A stretch of DNA of 64,000 nucleotides from Cyanophyceae cyanobacterium (GTDB lineage: Bacteria; Cyanobacteriota; Cyanobacteriia; Cyanobacteriales; Laspinemataceae): NCBI GenBank assembly GCA_038321985.1, contig JBBQFN010000004.1:224001-288000 (forward strand), read 5' to 3'. Positions within the stretch are counted from its first letter, which is position 1. Each line of letters begins with the position of its first letter. The notes beneath the pieces are model-generated. The model was given only the letters and a program-made list of their open reading frames with translations, had not been told where the DNA came from and did no database searches. Positions 21,049 to 30,931 of the stretch are shown piece by piece. A program made the position numbers and the translations under genes.

Positions 21049-21936
21049 ATGAGTTTTAACGAATTTCCCTCCCACCCAAAACGGCACATCCCTACCGATG
21101 CCTTCATCGTTTTAGGCGCAACCCTTTCAGTTTTTCTCCTTGGGGGCATACTGCATCTGCTTTCTGGAGGCGTTCGTGCTCAACAAGAACCAGCACCAAC
21201 GACCATGACAGAAGAAGAATCCGTCGTTGTGGAGAGCGTCACCCCTAACCTATCAACTCAACCCCCGGTAGAAACCCGAGTGGAGGAGACACGAATCATT
21301 ACCTCAGGGACTCCTCTAACTCAGACGCCTCCGAGGACTGTTGTAACCCCCCCGGCTGCGATCGATAATCAACCCTTTGTCGCCAGTCCTCCTCCCGTCG
21401 CTCAACAGCCGCCTGTAGTAACCCAGCAGCCATCTGTTCCCCCCTCTTCCCCCGCGCCCATGGGTGAAGATCCGGCGGTAACGACTTCCCCCGCGCCCAT
21501 GGGTGAGACTCCCGCCATGATGGGTGAGACTCCCGCCATGATGGGTGAGACTCCCGACATGATGGGTGAGACTCCCGACATGATGGGTGAGACTCCCATG
21601 CCCACGGCAGCACCCCCGGAGATAGCCGATCCCGCAAAGATAGAGACTTTAAACCAGAGTCTTTATGAGAACCTCAATAGCGGCTGGAACACTTATCCGA
21701 CATTTACCGAAGAGTTAGCCTATCGCGTCCAACTGAACGAAACAGGGGAAATCGTATCCTACGAACCCGTCGATCCTGCCGATCAACAATATACTGACGA
21801 ACTTCCCCTCCCGGATTTAAGTGAGACTCAGGCAGCAGGAAGCACTTCCGCGCAACCTCTGGCTAACTTCCGCGTTGTATTTACCCCCGATGGGGTGATT
21901 CAGGTTACTCCCTGGCAAAATGACATTCCCCAGTAA
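21049..21936 (+). CDS. Hypothetical protein: N-terminal TM, Pro/Met-rich linker, TonB/TolA-C-like domain (paralogue 2)
   Basis: Start moved to ATG 21049 (AGAGGA RBS). C-terminus LYENLNSGW..YPTF...LAYRVQL...G.I...PLP.L...FRVVFTPDGVIQVTPW aligns with paralogue 1. Confidence 0.75.
   Translation: MSFNEFPSHPKRHIPTDAFIVLGATLSVFLLGGILHLLSGGVRAQQEPAPTTMTEEESVVVESVTPNLSTQPPVETRVEETRIITSGTPLTQTPPRTVVTPPAAIDNQPFVASPPPVAQQPPVVTQQPSVPPSSPAPMGEDPAVTTSPAPMGETPAMMGETPAMMGETPDMMGETPDMMGETPMPTAAPPEIADPAKIETLNQSLYENLNSGWNTYPTFTEELAYRVQLNETGEIVSYEPVDPADQQYTDELPLPDLSETQAAGSTSAQPLANFRVVFTPDGVIQVTPWQNDIPQ
21446..21600 (+). repeat. Coding tandem repeats: 39-bp x2, then 21-bp x~5 (MGETP[A/D]M)
   Basis: ATGGGTGAGACTCCCG(C/A)CATG units at 21499, 21520, 21541, 21562 and a partial unit at 21583; CTTCCCCCGCGCCCATGGGTGA at 21446 and 21485. 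Confidence 0.95.
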
Positions 21937-22010
21937 CAACAACGCTTAAAGTAACGGGATAAAAATGGCTGGTGGTCACCCGGGTATATAGACTATAAAT
22001 CATATAGCCG

Positions 22011-22046
22011 CCCCTCTTCCAACGGCTTACGATGGGGGAAGAGGGG
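22011..22046. repeat. Intergenic inverted repeat
   Basis: CCCCTCTTCC ... GGAAGAGGGG between paralogue 2 and nrtP. Confidence 0.6.
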
Positions 22047-22283
22047 AAAAGACCAGCCACGGCTCGACAGTAAACCAAACCCCTTAACGAACGGATCCGG
22101 GATAACTCCTTCCTAATTAAGTAAACAGAGTGAGGCAGCAGTGCGATCGCGCCCAATTCCCACCCCAAAACTTTGGCTCATGCATGGGCGCGGCGATTAA
22201 GAACGCTGGACCTGTCGGGAATAGCCAAGTCAAAAAGATTTACTCACATTCCTAGAAAAATACTTCAACCCCGTAGAGGAATC

Positions 22284-23816
22284 ATGCTCACACAACTCTG
22301 GTCATTTCGCGGCAGATACCGCATCCTACACTTAACCTGGTTTGCCTTCTTTCTTTCGTTTGTAGTTTGGTTTAACTTTGCGCCCTTTGCCACAGCGGTA
22401 CAAGAATCATTAGGATTAACGTCGGGACAACTCAGAACCCTTGCTATTTGTAACGTTGCTCTAACCGTTCCCGCCCGAATTATTATCGGCATGGTCCTAG
22501 ATAAATACGGACCGCGCGTTACTTATTCTTTGTTACTAATTTATGCAGCCATTCCCTGTTTAATGTTTGCCTTCGCGCAAAACTTTGGGCAATTGGTTGT
22601 CTCTCGCTTACTGTTATCCATTGTCGGTGCTGGGTTCGTGATTGGTATCCGGATGGTAGCTGAGTGGTTTCCCCCTAAAGAAATTGGGTTAGCCGAAGGG
22701 ATCTATGGTGGGTGGGGTAACTTTGGTTCCGCTGCCGCCGCCTTCACCCTGCCAACCTTGGGAACAATGGCTGCCTTCGTGTCTGCGGGTCAAATCAACT
22801 GGCGATTTGCGATCGCCCTCACAGGAATTTTTGCCGCTGTTTACGGGGCAATCTACTTCTTTAATGTCCAAGATACCCCACCGGGTAAAGTCTATCAGCG
22901 TCCCAATCGCCACGGCGGACTCGAAGTAACCAGCCGTCGCGACTTCTGGTTCATGATGGCGATGAATGTTCCCCTCAGCGGTATCCTCGGTTTACTAGCT
23001 TGGCGTCTGGCTAAAGTGGGATTCTTAAATACCACTCAACTCTGGCTTACTTGGCTGTTCTTAGTGGGATTGTATTCTTTCCAATCGTATAAATGCTGGA
23101 CCGTTAACAAAGAGTTAGTTTTAGGTCAGAAACGTTATCCTGCCAACGATCGCTATGAATTTTCTCAAGTTGCCCTATTAGAACTCACCTACCTGGTCAA
23201 CTTCGGGTCGGAACTCGCCGTTGTTTCCATGCTGCCTGCCTTCTTTGAAAATACTTTTGGACTGACTAAAGTGCTCGCCGGCATGATTGCTGCAACCTAT
23301 GCCTTTATGAACTTAGCCGCACGTCCCGGAGGCGGTTTAATCTCCGACACCCTCGGCAGTCGGAAGACGACAATGGTGGTCCTCACCGGCTGTATGGGAG
23401 TCGCCTATATGATTATGAGTGGGGTCCAGGGTACCTGGTGGCTACCCTTAGCGATCGCCCTCACCATGTTCTGTTCCTTCTTTGTCCAAGCTGGAGAAGG
23501 GTCTACCTTCGCAATGGTTCCTCTCCTCAAACGCCGGGTCACTGGACAAATTGCCGGAAATGTCGGCGCTTATGGCAACGTCGGTGCAGTTGCTTATCTC
23601 ACTTTATTTAGCTTCCTCCCCGAGGGTGATATTGGCAACCGGATCTTCTTCCAAGTTCTAGGGGTCACCGCTATTATCGTCACCTTCCTTTGTGCCTTCT
23701 ACTTGAAAGAACCCAAAGGCTCATTTTCTGCCCATCATGAGGGAGAAGAAGTCCATTCGGAAACTGCCCAAGGACAACCCGTACCGCAGTTCGTGGAAGA
23801 AGGCACAGAAGCCTAA
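22284..23816 (+). CDS. nrtP: MFS nitrate/nitrite transporter (NarK/NrtP)
   Basis: HLTWFAFFLSFVVWF, AEGIYGGWGNFG and GNVGAYGNVG nitrate signatures; lies between nirA and narB. Start moved to ATG 22284 (AGAGGA RBS). Confidence 0.93.
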   Translation: MLTQLWSFRGRYRILHLTWFAFFLSFVVWFNFAPFATAVQESLGLTSGQLRTLAICNVALTVPARIIIGMVLDKYGPRVTYSLLLIYAAIPCLMFAFAQNFGQLVVSRLLLSIVGAGFVIGIRMVAEWFPPKEIGLAEGIYGGWGNFGSAAAAFTLPTLGTMAAFVSAGQINWRFAIALTGIFAAVYGAIYFFNVQDTPPGKVYQRPNRHGGLEVTSRRDFWFMMAMNVPLSGILGLLAWRLAKVGFLNTTQLWLTWLFLVGLYSFQSYKCWTVNKELVLGQKRYPANDRYEFSQVALLELTYLVNFGSELAVVSMLPAFFENTFGLTKVLAGMIAATYAFMNLAARPGGGLISDTLGSRKTTMVVLTGCMGVAYMIMSGVQGTWWLPLAIALTMFCSFFVQAGEGSTFAMVPLLKRRVTGQIAGNVGAYGNVGAVAYLTLFSFLPEGDIGNRIFFQVLGVTAIIVTFLCAFYLKEPKGSFSAHHEGEEVHSETAQGQPVPQFVEEGTEA

Positions 23817-23825
23817 TTCCCTGGA

Positions 23826-23873
23826 GATGAAAGGGCGATCGCACTTAAACTGAGTGGCGATCGCCCTTTCATC
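23826..23873. repeat. Intercistronic hairpin with HIP1 in both arms
   Basis: GATGAAAGGGCGATCGC (23826-23842) and GCGATCGCCCTTTCATC (23857-23873) are perfect 17-bp arms. Confidence 0.8.
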
Positions 23874-23980
23874 CCCATTTAAACTCTCCTAAATCCTCAT
23901 AATTGGTTACACTTAACTCTTACTAAACGGACTCTTACTCAGTCCCCCTTGATACTCTAAACTTTAAACTCTAAAATTTT

Positions 23981-26218
23981 ATGTCTACTCAACCCACCAA
24001 AACCCTGTGTCCTTACTGTGGAGTTGGCTGCGGCTTAGAAGTATCTCCCCCAGCACAACCGGGAAAAGTGACCAATCGAGACAGTGAAGGTAAGCCCCTG
24101 TGGAAAGTCCAGGGCGATCGCACCCATCCTTCCTCACAAGGCATGGTCTGTGTCAAAGGCGCAACCATCGCCGAATCATTAGACAAGGACCGCCTCAAAT
24201 ATCCAATGGTCCGCGCTTCCCTCGATGAACCCTTCCGTCGCGCCACCTGGGAAGAAGCCTTTACCTTAATCGTCGATCGCATCCGAACCGTCCAGTCAAC
24301 CCTCGGTGTCAATGGACTCTGTATGTACGGTTCTGGACAATTCCAAACCGAAGACTACTACATCGCCCAAAAACTGATGAAAGGCTGTCTCGGCACCAAT
24401 AACTTTGATGCCAACTCCCGCCTCTGTATGTCCTCCGCCGTTTCTGGGTACATTCAGAGTCTAGGGTCAGACGGCCCTCCCACCTGTTACGATGACCTAG
24501 AAAAAACCGACTGCGCCTTTCTGATCGGCACCAACACCGCCGAGTGTCATCCGATCGCCTTCAACCGACTCCGCAAGTATCATAAAAAAAATAAAAACGT
24601 TAAACTAATCGTTGTTGATCCCCGTCATACCACCACCGCAGACGGGGCCGATCTACATTTAGGAATTCGACCCGGAACCGATATCGACCTCCTCAACGGT
24701 ATCGGTTACCTGCTGATGCAGTGGGGACATCTCAATAGCGTCTTTATTGACGAATGTACCTCGGGCTTTGGCGAATATGCCGAAGTCATTCGCCACTATC
24801 CCCCCCAAATTGTGGCCGAACGCTGTGGTATCCGCATCGATGAACTGGAAACCGCCGCCCGCTACTGGGCGGAATCTGAACGAGTTCTTTCCCTGTGGTC
24901 AATGGGAATGAATCAGTCCTCAGAAGGCACAGCAAAAGTCCGCAGTTTGATTAATCTGCACCTGATGACCTCACAAATCGGTAAACCCGGTGCAGGTCCT
25001 TTTTCTCTCACTGGACAACCCAATGCAATGGGAGGGAGAGAAGCCGGAGGATTAGCCAACCTGCTACCGGGATACCGCCTCGTCAAAAATCCTGAACATC
25101 GCCAAGATATCGAAAAATTTTGGGGGCTGCCCGAGGGAAGAATTGCCCCAGAAATCGGACGTACTGCCTGGGACATGATCACCGGCTTAGAAACCGGGGA
25201 AGTCGGGTTATTATGGATTGCCGCCACCAATCCAGCGGTGAGTATGCCCGATATAGAACGGACCAAAGCGGCCTTAAGGCGATCGCCTTTTACCGTGTAT
25301 CAGGATGCTTACTATCCCACCGAAACTGCTGCCTACGCGCACGTTTTGTTACCTGCCGCCCAATGGGGAGAAAAAACCGGGGCCATGACCAATTCCGAAC
25401 GAGTGGTTACCCTATGTCCCGCTTTTCGCGAACCCCTTGGACAAGCCAAAGCCGATTGGGAAATCTTTGCTGAAGTTGGGCGGAGATTGGGATTTGTAGA
25501 CCAGTTTCCCTTTGAGAATTCTGCCCAAGTCTATGCCGAATTTGTCCAAATCACCCGCGATCGCGTCTGTGATATGACGGGATTAAGCCACGAACACCTC
25601 ACCGAACAAGGACCAACCCAGTGGCCGTATCCTGCGGGACAAAACCTGCCTCTGACCAACAAACGCCTCTACACAGACTGGAGATTTCCTACTCCCGACG
25701 GACGTGCCCGTTTTGGGGCCTGTCATGCCAAAGGACTGGCAGAACCCCCGGACCCCAATTATCCGTTCGTTCTCACAAATGGCCGCCTTTATGGACATTG
25801 GCATACCTTAACCCGTACTGGAAGAATCGATAAAATTGTCAAAATGCACCCCCAACCTTTTATCGAAATTCATCCCCGAGATGCCAAAAAATTGGAGATA
25901 GTAGAGGGAATGAAGGTTGAAGTGCGATCGCGCCGAGGCATGGCAAGATTCCCCGCTAAAGTCACTCAAGCGATCGCCCCGGGAACCGTCTTCGTACCCA
26001 TGCATTGGGGAGAACTCTGGGGGGATCATACCGAAGCCAATGCCCTCACCCATCCCGAAGCCTGTCCCTCCTCCCTACAACCGGAATTAAAAGCCTGTGC
26101 AGTGCAACTGATTCCTCTCAGGGATAACATAACCAACAGCGAAACCGAAATTGTTGAACAAAGCGACTCCATTGCGGTCGCCTTTGCACCGCGATCGGCC
26201 CTTGCCACCCGTTCTTAA
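23981..26218 (+). CDS. narB: Ferredoxin-nitrate reductase (Mo-bis-MGD)
   Basis: CPYCGVGC...CVKG 4Fe-4S motif, [19 protein letters not shown] and a C-terminal molybdopterin-binding domain. Confidence 0.96.
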   Translation: MSTQPTKTLCPYCGVGCGLEVSPPAQPGKVTNRDSEGKPLWKVQGDRTHPSSQGMVCVKGATIAESLDKDRLKYPMVRASLDEPFRRATWEEAFTLIVDRIRTVQSTLGVNGLCMYGSGQFQTEDYYIAQKLMKGCLGTNNFDANSRLCMSSAVSGYIQSLGSDGPPTCYDDLEKTDCAFLIGTNTAECHPIAFNRLRKYHKKNKNVKLIVVDPRHTTTADGADLHLGIRPGTDIDLLNGIGYLLMQWGHLNSVFIDECTSGFGEYAEVIRHYPPQIVAERCGIRIDELETAARYWAESERVLSLWSMGMNQSSEGTAKVRSLINLHLMTSQIGKPGAGPFSLTGQPNAMGGREAGGLANLLPGYRLVKNPEHRQDIEKFWGLPEGRIAPEIGRTAWDMITGLETGEVGLLWIAATNPAVSMPDIERTKAALRRSPFTVYQDAYYPTETAAYAHVLLPAAQWGEKTGAMTNSERVVTLCPAFREPLGQAKADWEIFAEVGRRLGFVDQFPFENSAQVYAEFVQITRDRVCDMTGLSHEHLTEQGPTQWPYPAGQNLPLTNKRLYTDWRFPTPDGRARFGACHAKGLAEPPDPNYPFVLTNGRLYGHWHTLTRTGRIDKIVKMHPQPFIEIHPRDAKKLEIVEGMKVEVRSRRGMARFPAKVTQAIAPGTVFVPMHWGELWGDHTEANALTHPEACPSSLQPELKACAVQLIPLRDNITNSETEIVEQSDSIAVAFAPRSALATRS

Positions 26219-26242
26219 TCCAAAAAAGCCAAACTTTCCACA

Positions 26243-26333
26243 GTTCGTAGTAACGCCTTCAGTCGTTATTTTCATGTTCGTATTAACGACTTGCTGTCGT
26301 TCTTAATTGTTCGGGGTCATGACTTGCTGTCAT
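26243..26333 (+). repeat. REP-like family A, three tandem copies (33-nt period)
   Basis: Copies at 26243, 26276 and 26309 of consensus GTTYGTAGTAACGACTTYAGTCGTT. Confidence 0.8.
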
Positions 26334-26425
26334 CTCCTTAAGTGCAGAGTTTTGCCATCCCCAAACCCGCCCAATCCCCAGTTATGTCATGTTAAAATTG
26401 ACCCAATGGATTGCGAGGAAAACCA

Positions 26426-26659
26426 ATGGACTGGCAAGAACTCCGGAAAGAAGCATACAACTTATCCGTCAGCGACAGATTAGCCCTCGTCGAGGCGATC
26501 GTTCATTCTGTGAATGATGAAATCAGACCCCGGCCCCCGGTGCCCCCGGGAACCATAACCCGATTACGGGGAATTCTCAAAACCGATGGACCCCCTCCCA
26601 CCGATGAAGAAATTGAAGCGATTAAAGAAGAACGCTTGAGGGAGAAATACTTAACATGA
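26426..26659 (+). CDS. Putative antitoxin
   Basis: Small protein (MDWQELRKEAYNLSVSDRL...RLREKYL) whose stop overlaps the start of the PIN gene (ATGA). Start placed at ATG 26426. Confidence 0.75.
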   Translation: MDWQELRKEAYNLSVSDRLALVEAIVHSVNDEIRPRPPVPPGTITRLRGILKTDGPPPTDEEIEAIKEERLREKYLT

Positions 26660-27054
26660 GGGTGTTGCTGGATACTAATATTATTCTGGATTATTTTCTA
26701 GAACGCGACCCTTTCATGAATGATGCGGAAGCCTTATTTGCTCAGATTGAAGCCAAGCAGATAGAAGGATATATCACGGCAACAACCTTAACTGATATTT
26801 TTTATATCGTCAGCAAGAGCAAGGGGAACCAAGTCGCAAAACAAGCGGTTTCAAAGCTGTTGAAGGGGTTAGAGATCTGCCAAGTCGATCGCCTGATTCT
26901 TGAATCCGCCCTGGCTTTAGAGTTAAATGATTTTGAAGACGCCGTGCAAATTGCCTGTGCGATCGCCTCCAATCTTGAGGCAGTTATCTCCCGCGATCGC
27001 GACGGATTTGCTCTAGCTCCCATGCCCACTTACTCCCCCCGAGATATCATCTAG
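26656..27054 (+). CDS. PIN-domain (VapC-like) toxin
   Basis: VLLDTNIILD, DFEDAVQIACA and SRD acidic PIN motifs. Confidence 0.88.
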   Translation: MRVLLDTNIILDYFLERDPFMNDAEALFAQIEAKQIEGYITATTLTDIFYIVSKSKGNQVAKQAVSKLLKGLEICQVDRLILESALALELNDFEDAVQIACAIASNLEAVISRDRDGFALAPMPTYSPRDII

Positions 27055-27141
27055 CAGCTGGGGTAATTGAACATAGATAGAATAATAAATGGGGTGTTTG
27101 TTCCCAATTGTTGATATTTTTCCTAACGTGAAATAAAAAGA

Positions 27142-27166
27142 GTAGGGTGGGCATTGCCCACCCTAC
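27142..27166. repeat. GTAG...CTAC REP-like palindrome, possibly a bidirectional terminator
   Basis: GTAGGGTGGGCA-T-TGCCCACCCTAC between convergent genes. Confidence 0.8.
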
Positions 27167-27197
27167 AATTGCTGCAAAAATTGCTTCAAATCACCCT

Positions 27198-28001
27198 TTA
27201 GCGGGAGATGAAATGAACCCAACAATCTCCATCAGCCATACAGGTATCGTAAACCAGGTTATAAGAATAGCTTAACCCAGCACCCCGTGCAGAAGTATTG
27301 TATCCCTGAGACCAATATTCGCCGTAAGGGTCGTGAACGATAAACCCATGAGAATTATAGCCAATCAAGCAAACAATATGGCCAAAACTGGTAAAATAAC
27401 CGTGGATAACAATCGGGTTACCTTGAACGAGCCATTCTTTGATTTCATTAAAGTTCGCTTTCCTTGTAAAGCGGTCTTTAACCCCATAAGCCTCTGCGGC
27501 TTCAGCCAAATGTTCCGGTTCATGACGACTTAAACCCCGGGCTTCTAGCCACTCTTGGAGTTCATCTTCTAACTGTTTGTTAGGCTGTTTTCCTTTAATT
27601 CCTAGATAAGCCAAACACATGGCAATGCTAGTCGTATTGCAACTGCCGTAAGGATTCTTAGCGTTATCAAGTTGGGATTTGTAGGGAACCGCTAGTTTAA
27701 CGCGATCAGGAAATGCGATCGCCCCCTTGTGCATGACTACCCCATGTCTAGAGTAAACATACCAGGTATTGCGATTTTGGAAACTTTGGTCTGCAAAACA
27801 AACCTTAATGTGATCCCCTTCTGGGGCGTAAGACTGAACTTTTAACACCGTTCCGGCAGGAATCGATTGTTTTTCAGAATCGCTCAAATCAGAAGAAGAA
27901 AGGGGTCTTTGTTTGAAAATTGTGTCGCAAAGAACTTTCAGTTCGGGAGTCTGGCTTCCTGGTGTGGTAGATGAAGTCGAATACGATTGTGCTACGGTCA
28001 T
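27198..28001 (-). CDS. C39-like cysteine peptidase with an N-terminal accessory domain
   Basis: SQLDN...SCNTTSIAM (Cys), GHIV (His) and HDPYG (Asp). Start placed at ATG 28001. Confidence 0.85.
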   Translation of the reverse strand: MTVAQSYSTSSTTPGSQTPELKVLCDTIFKQRPLSSSDLSDSEKQSIPAGTVLKVQSYAPEGDHIKVCFADQSFQNRNTWYVYSRHGVVMHKGAIAFPDRVKLAVPYKSQLDNAKNPYGSCNTTSIAMCLAYLGIKGKQPNKQLEDELQEWLEARGLSRHEPEHLAEAAEAYGVKDRFTRKANFNEIKEWLVQGNPIVIHGYFTSFGHIVCLIGYNSHGFIVHDPYGEYWSQGYNTSARGAGLSYSYNLVYDTCMADGDCWVHFISR

Positions 28002-28254
28002 AATTTCTAACCAAAAAATAAGTAAAGATGCGGATACCAATTGTCTGAGTCGGGGCGGGCAGTAGGCCAGAGAATTGCCCCTCGTTGCCCTGGAGTAAAC
28101 GGTCCCGACTTTTAAAACGGTTTGTAACCCCCACTACACAAGCCGCATCCCTAGCGGTCAGGAGTGAGTATAGTGAGGAAGAAGTCCGGGTTGGGACAAC
28201 TCATCCTTGCGCCAACTTAGACTGAAATTACTGATGAGTGGATGAGTTATACCC

Positions 28255-28899
28255 ATGTCTAAAATCGTTTGGATTGCAAGACACGCGAACCGCTTAGACT
28301 TCGTAAACCCTGAATGGTTTAATACAGCAGAACGGCGTTATGATCCGCCCTTGTCGGCAGATGGGTTTTTGCAAGCGCAAGAACTAGCCGAACGTCTCAA
28401 GGGAGAACGTATAAATCACGTATTCGCCTCTCCTTTTCTGCGAACCGTACAAACTGCAAATCAGGTGGCAGAAATTTTAGACTTACCGTTGAAGCTGGAG
28501 TGGGGACTTTGTGAATGGTTAAATCCCGAGTGGATGACCGAAATGCCCGAAGTTCTCCCCCCGGAAGTGCTAGCCCCGGAATTTCCCCGAATTGATTTAA
28601 GTTATCAATCTCGGGTGGTGCCTGAGTATCCAGAATCCGATGAGGGTTGCGTCCAAAGGGCGGGAGAAACTGCCCGACGTCTTGCCGAGGAGTTTTCCGA
28701 GGACATCCTGTTGGTCGGGCATGGGGCCTCGGTGATTGGTGCTACAATTGGCCTTGCGGTAGAAGCGGCTCAAATTGAGTTGAGTGCGGCATTGTGCTGT
28801 TTGTACAAGGTGGTGCGCCAAGGGGAAAAATGGGAAATCGAACTGAAGGGCGATCGCTCTCATTTGCGAGAAATTGAAGCAGAAATCCGATTTATTTAG
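28255..28899 (+). CDS. Histidine phosphatase (PGM-like) family protein
   Basis: ARHA, ASPFLRTVQTA and VGHG motifs. Confidence 0.88.
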   Translation: MSKIVWIARHANRLDFVNPEWFNTAERRYDPPLSADGFLQAQELAERLKGERINHVFASPFLRTVQTANQVAEILDLPLKLEWGLCEWLNPEWMTEMPEVLPPEVLAPEFPRIDLSYQSRVVPEYPESDEGCVQRAGETARRLAEEFSEDILLVGHGASVIGATIGLAVEAAQIELSAALCCLYKVVRQGEKWEIELKGDRSHLREIEAEIRFI

Positions 28900-28956
28900 G
28901 AAGATGAAAAAGAAACCGCATTAAATCACACAGTCCATAAGCTCAGAATCAACAAG

Positions 28957-29973
28957 ATGACATTACTATTAGCCGGAGATATCGGTGGCACCAAATCCCT
29001 TTTGCGCTTGGTAGAAATGCCGACTACAGCCGACCCTTCAGGGGCGTTCCCGATCAACACCCTATATGAGGGAATTTACGCCAGTCAGCAATACCCCGAC
29101 TTAGTGCCGATTGTGGCACAGTTCATGGCCCAAGCGAGTCGGAAATTAGGACAAATCCCGGAACCGAAGGGGGCCTGTTTTGCCCTCGCGGGACCCGTCA
29201 TCGGACATAAATCTGTCCTGACTAATCTGAGTTGGACTCTAACGACGGACCGATTGGAAAAGGAACTGAACATTCCCCACGTCAAGTTAATTAACGACTT
29301 TGTAGCGGTAGGCTACGGGGTCTTGGGAATGAACCAGGACGATCTACATACGTTGCAACCGGGGGAAGCGCAAACTTCCGCCCCGATCGCCGTGATTGGC
29401 GCAGGAACAGGATTGGGACAAGGCTTTTTAATCCGGCACTTGGACGAATATTTTGTGTATCCGTCGGAAGGGGGTCATGCCGATTTTGCGCCACGAACTG
29501 CAATCGAGTTTGAACTGTTGCAAGACTTGCAGCAAAGAGAAAACATTGAGCGCGTCTCTGTGGAACGCGTGGTGTCGGGGATGGGAATTGGGTCAATTTA
29601 CCAATTCCTACGCGATCGGGCGATCGCTGCTGGGAAGAATATTTCCCCCGCAGATAAGGACCCGGCAGATATCTCAAAAGCAGCGCTGGAAAAAAGCGAC
29701 CCTTTATGCGAACAAACTTTGCAAATTTTCGTGGAAGCCTACGGTGCAGAAGCCGGAAATCTAGCCTTAAAATTACTACCCTATGGGGGATTGTATTTAG
29801 CGGGGGGAATTGCTGCCAAAATTCTGCCCTTAATTAAGGATGGCGATCGCTTTATCAAGAGCTTTAACCACAAAGGCCGAGTTAGCCCCCTTTTGGGACG
29901 CGTGCCGGTTCATATCGTTCTTAATCCCCAAGTGGGATTGATTGGTGCTGCCATTTGTGCGGCGCGGTTATAG
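28957..29973 (+). CDS. glk: Glucokinase
   Basis: AGDIGGT, INDF, GAGTGLG, SEGGH and ERVVSG motifs. Confidence 0.95.
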   Translation: MTLLLAGDIGGTKSLLRLVEMPTTADPSGAFPINTLYEGIYASQQYPDLVPIVAQFMAQASRKLGQIPEPKGACFALAGPVIGHKSVLTNLSWTLTTDRLEKELNIPHVKLINDFVAVGYGVLGMNQDDLHTLQPGEAQTSAPIAVIGAGTGLGQGFLIRHLDEYFVYPSEGGHADFAPRTAIEFELLQDLQQRENIERVSVERVVSGMGIGSIYQFLRDRAIAAGKNISPADKDPADISKAALEKSDPLCEQTLQIFVEAYGAEAGNLALKLLPYGGLYLAGGIAAKILPLIKDGDRFIKSFNHKGRVSPLLGRVPVHIVLNPQVGLIGAAICAARL

Positions 29974-29998
29974 GTAGAAAGGATAAAGTTTCAAGTTT

Positions 29999-30297
29999 TA
30001 GGGTCCGTCAGATTCCCGGATGTTTGGGCGATCGCCATCTATTCTCCGTCTGACTCAGCGGCTAGCTGTAGGGGCTGTGACCTTAGCAGGGGTCGCGCCT
30101 GCAATTCCCTGGGAAGGTGTGAGTTAGGTAGCCCGATTATGGTGCGATCGCCATTAATTTTCGGTCTGATATCAAGTCCGGTTAATCCCTCCTAAAAAGT
30201 ATCCTCATCGGTAAAGATGGATTCGCTGCCTCCCTTGGGAATGACAGCAAACTTGAGAATTGTGAGAAAATAATCCGGCTTGATATGACGGACCCTA
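29999..30297. mobile_element. MITE-like element with nested inverted repeats
   Basis: Perfect 12-bp TAGGGTCCGTCA / TGACGGACCCTA ends; inner imperfect ATATCAAGTCCGGTTA (30169-30184) / TAATCCGGCTTGATAT (30271-30286). Confidence 0.5.
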
Positions 30298-30342
30298 CCC
30301 TTTCTTATCTCTCCAATGTGAAGGGTTGCGGGTTGTTGCCAC

Positions 30343-30876
30343 TCACAACTGCTGTAAAAACTGCTTTTGATACTCTTGTTCCGTGATGATATCCTGCATA
30401 CTTTCTACCCGGTCTAAAAACACCATTCCCTCTAAATGGTCATATTCATGCTGGAAAATCCGGGCTACGAAATCCGTAAATTCTTGATGGTGTAATTTCC
30501 CATTTTGGTCCTTATATTCAACTTTGATCGCCTGATGTCTTGGCACCAGTCCTCGAATTCCTGGCACACTCAAACACCCTTCCCAATCTTTCACCCTTTG
30601 CTCAGAATAGGCGACAATTTGCGGGTCAATAATTGCCCTTGCTTCCATTTTCGGGGCGTGGGGATAGCGCAAGGTCGGACGGGAGGCCAGAATAAACACT
30701 CGATAAGGTTCAGCTATTTGGGGGGCAGCAATGCCGACTCCATGACCCGGTTTTAGGGTTGCCATTAACTCTTCGATAAGCTGGGGGAGCAAGTCTAGGT
30801 AACCGTTACTCACGGGTTGTGCAGAGGCCCGTAAGATTGGATTCCCTAATTGAACAATTTCTCGAACGTTACTCAT
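30343..30876 (-). CDS. def: Peptide deformylase
   Basis: GVGIAAPQ, EGCLS and QHEYDH motifs. Confidence 0.96.
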   Translation of the reverse strand: MSNVREIVQLGNPILRASAQPVSNGYLDLLPQLIEELMATLKPGHGVGIAAPQIAEPYRVFILASRPTLRYPHAPKMEARAIIDPQIVAYSEQRVKDWEGCLSVPGIRGLVPRHQAIKVEYKDQNGKLHHQEFTDFVARIFQHEYDHLEGMVFLDRVESMQDIITEQEYQKQFLQQL

Positions 30877-30931
30877 GGCTTAATTACAATATCATTAACA
30901 TATTAGACAAAATATCCCTAAAAATCAGGGC

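Noticed and set aside
21499..21600. Regular 21-bp repeats as a possible CRISPR array
   Set aside because: No spacers; it is an in-frame coding tandem repeat.
23954..23980. Heptamer repeats (ACTCTAA/ACTTTAA) upstream of narB
   Set aside because: Short degenerate STRR-like microsatellite with no evidence of function.
26243..26333. Three ~25-nt palindromic repeats at a constant 33-nt period, resembling a mini CRISPR array
   Set aside because: Spacers are only 7-8 nt, the same repeat occurs in both orientations at four other loci, and there are no cas genes. REP-like instead.
28198..28248. AACTCATCC/GGATGAGTT inverted repeat that could occlude the RBS of the phosphatase gene
   Set aside because: Only 9 bp with a long loop and no recognisable riboswitch motif.
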